Positions 25,357-32,000 of a stretch of 32,000 bases of DNA are shown one piece after another. Source of the stretch: Zygophlyctis sp. KS116 (Eukaryota > Fungi > Chytridiomycota); NCBI GenBank assembly GCA_054661495.1, contig BAAFSQ010000021.1, positions 42,409 to 74,408 of the forward strand, given 5' to 3'. The position numbers and the translations under genes are program-made. Under the pieces are notes generated by a model. It worked only from the letters and a program-made list of their open reading frames with translations, was not told where the DNA came from and did no database searches. Numbering within the stretch: position 1 is the stretch's first letter; each line of letters opens with the position of its first letter.

Positions 25357-26938
25357 TTTTATTTATCAGAGGTATTGGTTGCAATCTCTTGAATAGTAAA
25401 CCAAACATTGATACAAAAAACATTGAAAGAATCGTGCAGGTTAGAGTTATAACATTATAAGGCATGCTGAAATCAGGTGTTGGAAGAGCTATTAAAATTG
25501 GATCTGTATAGATTCTTTTGGTTTGATTCTCACTCTTTAAGGATATTATAGCAGATCTAGTCTTAGTTGTAAATATATTACCCAATATCAAATCCTCTAT
25601 TAGCATCAGGAGGATGTTCAGTGATTCTCAAGTGCGTTTTTTCAAAATCAATCTTTAAAAGAGTATGAGATTTTGAAGGTAAAACAAGTGCCATTTCCAG
25701 TACGGTTGGATTCTTTCTATTGATAGATCCTTTATAATACATGTCCTTGACAATACCTAGTATTAGTTTTAAAATAAATACTCAAGTCATCGGTGACAAG
25801 GAACCCGTCTTGATGAATTTCCAAGGTATGAAGATACAGTTTTAGAATCCATGGAATAGTTTCCAAATATACAATTTCTAAAGACCGATCCATATTATTA
25901 TAAATATCAACGACTAATCCTCCTCTTTCTTGTCCGTACCCAGTTTGATACCGTGAAACATGTAAAGGAGGATTTGGAAGTGGTTCTATTCATAATCAAA
26001 TAATCAAATATACCAATTTTTGGATTTTTCCATTTGACTCCAAGATCTACATTTTGCATTGCATCAAGATCGTATTCAGCAACTATAAACTTATTCTTTT
26101 GAACTGAGAGAGGTTTAACCGCCCAATCCACATCAGCATTCAGAGGTAGTTTAATTCTAGCACTAGTTTTAGATATCAAACACGAAGATTGAAATGAAGA
26201 ATCTAATAGCCCTTTTAAACTCCAATCTCTAGCATACATATTAATCTCTCTAGTAGGATCAAAAACAACATCTAGAGACTGTTCAAAATATGCCTTTTTT
26301 GATGTACAATCTGAAGTTGTACAAATAACTCTCAAACGCATTTGCATAGAAACGTAATTAGCATCAAATATCTTGTAAGCATTCAACAATTTTCCTAGGC
26401 CAGCTTTAGTTTTACAAGGCAACAATTTTGCCCATGGAGTCAAGTTTTCAGTACATACAATTTCTCTTGGTAATTTTGCATATCTTAGACTCCCAGTCAC
26501 TTTAGACTCTGGACGAAAACTAGAAAATATTGAAGTAGCAGCAGAATTAGACATGTAATTTAATGATCCACAAAATAATCCAGCAAGAATATTTGTGAGT
26601 CCATTCCAATTTTCATCAGTGCCATTTCCCATCCAAGTCCATAATTCCACACCGGGTGGAGCCTGATGGAAGCCGTATCCCCATACATCATTATCCCATC
26701 TTCCCTGAGTCATTGACAATGAAAGCTCTTGAACATCAAAACTATTTAAAATTTCGCCAATTCCCTTTGGAAAAGTACCAAAATGCACAGACTCTGTAAA
26801 CTCTGTTTTCCATGTAAAATGTGACAAAACCTTTCCATCATTAAATTGCTGAAGCGTTAAATCTTCTGACCATTCCTTGGGCTGATTTAAGGCGACTACT
26901 AATGCCAATGCAGCGATAATCAATGACTTTTGAGACAT
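25346..26938 (-). CDS. GPI16: GPI transamidase subunit PIG-T/GPI16
   Basis: [71 protein letters not shown]. Three mini-introns. Confidence 0.95.
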
Positions 26939-26962
26939 AATCTCCTACAATTTCTCGCGTCA

Positions 26963-28485
26963 ATGCATCAGATCTCCAATTTCATTAATAATTCTCTTTT
27001 GGCTCCAGCAAAAGGAAACTATTTAGAGTCTATTAACCCCGCTAATGGTCAAGTAGAAGTTCTTGTGCCAGACTCTACAAGTGAAGATGTCGATGCCGCA
27101 GTTTTAGCTGCAACTAATGCGTTTGAAAGTTGGTCTCTGTCAAGCGTTGAGTATAGATCAAATATTTTATTCAAAATTGCAGATCTTATCCAAGAGAATC
27201 TGGAAAAGTTTGCAATTGCAGAATCAAAGGATAATGGGAAACCGCTCTCAGTATCTAGATCGGTTGATATTCCAAGAGCTATTCATAATTTTAGGTTTTT
27301 TGCAAGTGCTATTCTAAGTTCTAAAACATATGCTAGAGAAAATTCAAATGTTTTAAATTATACTGTAAAAACTCCAGTTGGTGTAGCTGCATTGATCTCT
27401 CCTTGGAATTTACCGCTTTACCTTTTAACTTGGAAAATAGCTCCTGCTATGGCGTATGGATGTACATGTGTATGTAAGCCTTCTGAATTTACTTCTTGGA
27501 CCGCGTCTTTATTGTGTTTGGTTTTAGTAGAATCTGGGGTTCCTCCAGGAGTTGTAAATATGGTTTTTGGGAATGGGAAAAATGCTGGTGCTCCGCTAGT
27601 TTCGCATCCAAATGTTCCTCTTGTTTCTTTTACGGGTGGAACTGCAACTGGTGAGTTGATTTATAAATCTTGTGCACAGCTGAATAAGAAAATGTCTTTA
27701 GAATTAGGTAATTTATAAAACTTATATAAAGGAGGGAAAAATGCTTGTATAATATTTCAGGATTTTGACTTTAATGAAGAGGCAATGGATGTAATTACAA
27801 GATCGTGTTTTGCTAATCAAGGTAAATCTTTAAACTTTTAAGATGTAATTAGGGCAGATTTGTCTTTGTGCATCTCGATTATATGTACATGAGTCAATTT
27901 TCCAAAAATTTCTTGATATTTTAAAGCAGAAAGCCCAGGGAATAAAGGTGGGGGATCCTTTTGATTCAAGTACAACAATGGGGCCTCTAATCTCTAGTCA
28001 ACACCTTGAAAAAGTTCTCTCGTATATTAAAATAGCCCAAACGGAAGGTGGGCAAATTATTACAGGCGGAAAGCGTTTAGAAGCAGATTTAAATCCAAAT
28101 GGGAATTATTTAGCGCCAACCATTATAATAGGAGTTGATCCAATCGATTGCAGAATACAACAGGAAGAAGTTTTTGGACCAGTTGTCACTGTTACGGCAT
28201 TTTCTAGTGAAGATGAAGTTGTTAAATGGGCAAATGGGACCAAGTATGGGTTAAGTGCCTCTATATGGACGCAAGATATAAAAAGGGCGCATAAAGTTGC
28301 AAGACAAATGCATGGTGGGACAATTTGGGTGGTAACTTAAATTAGTAACGTTTTAGAATTGTTGGATGGTGCGTGACTTAAATATGCCTTTTGGAGGAGT
28401 GAAAGCATCAGGATTGGGAAGAGAAGGAAATGAGTACAGTTGCGATTTCTTCTGCGACGAAAAAACAATTTGTATAAAATTATAA
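26963..28485 (+). CDS. ALDH8A1: 2-aminomuconate semialdehyde dehydrogenase (ALDH8A1 family)
   Basis: DIPRAIHNFRFFAS, ISPWNLPLYLLTWKIAPA, LELGGKN, FANQGQICLCASR, CWMVRDLNMPFGG. Introns 27708-27731, 27822-27852, 28332-28356. Confidence 0.92.
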
Positions 28486-28709
28486 ATCGAAGCACATCAT
28501 TTAGTTACTGCGGCCTGTTAATTGAATCAAAACAAGTCTACTCTACATTCTATGTAGTGGTGTTTGATCGGATTATATAGTAGAGAATTAACTGATCCGA
28601 TAAAATGAAAATAAATTCTTGAAGAACTTTTAAAAAATAAAGCATTTATTTTATATCGTATTCGAACGGAAATTCATCTCAACATTTACGTAAAATTCCA
28701 TGGGTTAGA

Positions 28710-29212
28710 TCAAGAGACTGCGGCAACCGATTTTATCTCAATCAATAAGCGAGGATTGGGAAGCTCTTTTACAGAAACTGTCCTTTGTTGTTAGTTAAAA
28801 TTGATTACGTTCTAGATGGTCCCGATTGAGCATTAAAGTATTCATTATACACTGCATTCATCTTGGCGTAATCTTTCATGTCCTATTGTCAACATAGTTC
28901 GACTCTACCACTAGAAAAACTGTAACATCAATTAAATCCAACAGACTTGATCCAGCAGCCTCAAGAATAACTTTAATACTTTGTATAAATTCTAATGAAA
29001 CATTACTTCTCAATAACTGCTCGTGTTTGTGCTGATATATCCAGATCAAATCCACCATCAGGCCTCTCAACTACACCCTCCCAGGTCCCATCTAATTTTC
29101 TAGAGGAGATGCCTGATACAAACACCAAATTGCCTACTTTCCTAGCATGAGGATAGTTTGCGAGTGCCTGTGCACGATTAGAAAGGATGATTGCATCGCC
29201 ATTTTTCGCCAT
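28710..29212 (-). CDS. Rid/YjgF-family protein, 2-aminomuconate deaminase (NbaF/AmnD-like), 140 aa
   Basis: Introns 28979-29006, 28883-28908, 28783-28808 give YPHARKVGNLVFVSGISSRKLDG...LDISAQTRAVIENIK...GPSRTTVSVKELPNPRLLIEIK. Confidence 0.85.
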
Positions 29213-29240
29213 TGTCGTTTAACAAATTTGATACTGCAGG

Positions 29241-30289
29241 AATATTAGCAAAAAGCACCGAATGATACCATTTTAGTTTAAATGAAATTCTCTGATAAAC
29301 TCATCCAAACTGAGGCAATAATTCTTAAATAAACCCAGTCCAGTTTCATATACAAGTTTTCTTATCAATAATTAAGTATGAAATTCGCGAAAAAACAAAA
29401 ATGTCGGAAAAGCTCTGGGTTGCACACCACTACTGCAAAGACATTTGGTCCTTCAAGAGTCTCAATTGATGGATGCGAATATGTCGATGACTTTCTCAAC
29501 ACTCTCTATCAAAGACGATTACTCTCCATCCCTTCAAAGACTCCCATCACTCTCTAAGATCTTTTGATGCATTTATTAGTGGGAAAGTGTACAAGTTGCG
29601 TTATGAAATTGACGATGGATATGATGAGTCTATTGGCTTGTCAGACGCGAAACTTGACAAGGTGGAAAAGCATTTTAATTTGTGTATCCCTCAAAGATTC
29701 TTACCTGTAGAGGAATATCCTCAGGTAGATATCCCAAATTCCCTCTTCGAACAGCTTGTTCTTTTACACAAACGCAATTCTCTGTTTTCGGAAAATGCTC
29801 GACGTACATTGATATCACTTTTCCTTGCCAACGCAATTGAATATGCCGATGTAGAGGAAAAGCTGCTTGTCGAAGAGGAAATGTCGTTTTCGTGTGTTTT
29901 AAAAGAAAATGGGAAGAGAATCAAGTACAATGGACCAGTTGACTTTGCAATCGGACATTCACCCGTCGATACAAGACTGAATCAGGACTGTGCTCTTCTG
30001 GTGGTACAATCGCCAAATTAGGAGAGGCTCTTGGACAAGCCTTGGCTCAAGCTGCGACCAACTTTATCATCGGAAAACAAGAGGGCCGAGGGGTAAATGG
30101 ACATCTCAAGGTATATTGGTGTACATCCGATGGAGAATCCTGGAGATTTGGGTTCATCACTGAGGGCAAGGGGGTAACACTTGACGTTTATTTTCCAACT
30201 GTTTCTTTTAAATCATGCATTCCGAATTTCATGGGATGCATTTAACAATTACGTCCTTTAATTTTTCTTGCCGCAAATATTAGCAAAAA
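29241..30289. repeat. 14-bp direct repeat flanking the Crinkler relic
   Basis: AATATTAGCAAAAA at 29241-29254 and 30276-30289. Confidence 0.8.
29401..30245 (+). pseudogene. Crinkler (CRN)-like effector pseudogene: header domain plus PD-(D/E)xK REase-like domain
   Basis: MSEKLWVAH / frameshift / TAKTFGPSRVSIDGCEYVDDFL...PITL* (TAA 29555). Then RRTLISLFL..VEEE..YNGPVDFAIG..LLVV / frameshift near 30008 / GQALAQAA..VYWCTSDGESWRFG. Confidence 0.7.
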
Positions 30290-30319
30290 ACAAATTTGAG
30301 CATAAATTATCAAGAATTC

Positions 30320-31099
30320 TTAGATGGCAGTATTTTCCAAGCGTTGCTGTTCTTGTGCAGCTTTTAACATTGATGTAATTTTAGACTGATTATATATCCT
30401 GGAAATTTTGACTGAGCTGTGGAGATTAGACTTTAAAACAGATGGCTCTTTTAACAATCTCTCCACGATTCTACTGAATCCATTTTGAGAGGCTATTCTG
30501 ATTGCTCTATTTGAACGTGCAGATGGGTCAACACGGGGATCTTGTAGTAATAATTCAACCATTTTAAGTCGTCCCAATTGACAAGCTTCCTTGAGAGCAA
30601 AATTAGAAAATTCAGGTTGCACTCTGGGCAATAGTATTTTGATCATATCAAGCTGATTTCTGGCAATAAGAGCCTGGAAAATATATAGATTATTGCCGGT
30701 AATTGAAATCCGTTCATCGTTTAACAAGCGTTCAACAATATTAACATGTCCATTTTTGATTGCAACTAAAAGACACATATTTCCTCCATCTCCAGGACTT
30801 GTTAAATGATTTGAAATCAAATCTTCAAGTTTAGCCAAATTTCCATTAGCACAAGAGTCAAACAATTCATCTTGGAGCTTCTTGTATTTATAAATACTTT
30901 CTAAAATGTCCCAATGATGATTCTGAATGGCGATTTTGATCATATCAGTCAAATATGAAAATATACTGTAATTATCCCCACTAAAGAGTATTTGATCTAC
31001 TACATCTACATTTCCAGCATTAACAGCAGCTGCTATATTATACCATTGTGCGGCAACTAGATTCCAAAGAAATAGTAAATGAAAGTGGACAATCATCAT
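30320..31099 (-). CDS. Predicted secreted ankyrin-repeat protein (DPRVDPS type), intronless
   Basis: Signal-like MMIVHFHLLFLWNLVAA-Q. Repeats AIKNGHVNIVERLL and LLQDPRVDPSARSNRAIRIASQNG. Confidence 0.85.
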   Translation of the reverse strand: MMIVHFHLLFLWNLVAAQWYNIAAAVNAGNVDVVDQILFSGDNYSIFSYLTDMIKIAIQNHHWDILESIYKYKKLQDELFDSCANGNLAKLEDLISNHLTSPGDGGNMCLLVAIKNGHVNIVERLLNDERISITGNNLYIFQALIARNQLDMIKILLPRVQPEFSNFALKEACQLGRLKMVELLLQDPRVDPSARSNRAIRIASQNGFSRIVERLLKEPSVLKSNLHSSVKISRIYNQSKITSMLKAAQEQQRLENTAI

Positions 31100-31732
31100 T
31101 GTTAAGCTGTTTACGATTGATGCAGGATTTACAGCGAAAAACTTTCTAGCTGCGAAGTCTCTGACAAACTTTTCATCAGCTGCGCTGTACTTTCAGACTT
31201 ATTGACATTTGATCGATTTATTCTTAATCTGGTCATTCTAAATTCATGCTAATAACCTTAATTATTTTCGTAAAGTGTTGTTTCAGTCCTCCATATTTTA
31301 AGAATATTTGTCCACTTATTCAGCTCGATTCTCACTCTAGGCCTACCACTGGGAGCGTATGGTGGAAAATGGCATCGTCTCACTAAATTTCCCACATTAG
31401 ATTTAGTGATATGCTGATTTCGACCGAGCAAAACGGTCAAACTCTTTCTAGAATCAGCGAATTGTGACGACGCTTTGTTGCCATGTGATCATTTTTCATC
31501 TGTGAGATAAATATGCACGATGCATCTTAGCTTATTTCCATATGATTGAGTTTGATATGCTTGCATTACTTGCTATGCGCATTAGATACCAGAAGAAGAT
31601 ATTCAAAAATTTGAGTATAAATCAGAATACTTGTTTAAAATTCACTCATATACATCTGTATGAAACAAATCATTAAAAAATTATTTATATAACAATTTCG
31701 TACATATTTCACTTCATTTTCCCCAATTGCGC

Positions 31733-32000
31733 TCACAAAACAGTATTTTCCGAGCGTTGTTGCTTTACTGCCGCTTTTATTATTGTTGCTATTTTAGAAT
31801 GATTATATTCCCTAGAATTTCTGACTGAGCTGTGGAGATTAGACTTTAAAACAGATGGCTCTTCTAACAATCTCTGCACAATTTTACTGAATCCATTTTG
31901 AGAGGCTATTCTGATTGCTCTATTTGAACTTGCAGATGGGTCAACACGGGGATCCTGTAGTAATAATTCAACTATTTCAAGCCGTCCCAATTGACATGCT
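31733..32000 (-). CDS. Tandem paralog of the 30320-31099 ankyrin gene (3' part, runs off the window)
   Basis: 66 of 85 C-terminal residues identical to the neighbour, with long identical nucleotide runs. Confidence 0.88.
   Translation of the reverse strand, partial: ACQLGRLEIVELLLQDPRVDPSASSNRAIRIASQNGFSKIVQRLLEEPSVLKSNLHSSVRNSREYNHSKIATIIKAAVKQQRSENTVL

Noticed and set aside
26963-29212. Bacterial contaminant operon
   Set aside because: Both genes carry host-type mini-introns, are convergent, and are contiguous with PIG-T.
31100-31732. 60-aa ORF 31258-31440 and the long spacer between the ankyrin paralogs
   Set aside because: No ATG start and no recognisable domain in any frame I read. 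It may be decayed sequence but cannot be supported.

Overview
AT-rich, extremely compact eukaryotic nuclear DNA, most likely from an early-diverging (zoosporic/chytrid-like) fungus. The lineage call is an inference from gene content: EAPP, ALDH8A1, a LIMR/LMBR1 protein, NDUFB9 and a chytrid-type Crinkler header. About 26 protein genes and one pseudogene are packed almost without spacers and split by roughly 60 miniature GT-AG introns (22-39 nt, mostly 24-30), which is why the ORF track is fragmented. Housekeeping genes: WDR26/GID7, MRPL10, EAPP, PIG-C, LMBR1-like, MCM5, NDUFB9, PP2A-B56, mL44, NAA35, NDC1, SWC4, NAXD, TANGO2, OHCU decarboxylase, PIG-M, a GT61-like glycosyltransferase, an ABHD4/5-like hydrolase and PIG-T. 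Highlights: (1) an adjacent ALDH8A1 (2-aminomuconate semialdehyde dehydrogenase) plus an intron-containing NbaF/AmnD-type 2-aminomuconate deaminase, i.e. two consecutive kynurenine-pathway steps. (2) Candidate effectors: a signal peptide/NLS/F-box-like/ankyrin protein, tandem DPRVDPS-type ankyrin paralogs, and a Crinkler-REase pseudogene flanked by 14-bp direct repeats. (3) Genes separated by 1-7 nt or sharing stop codons. All gene models were spliced by hand; no database search was run.
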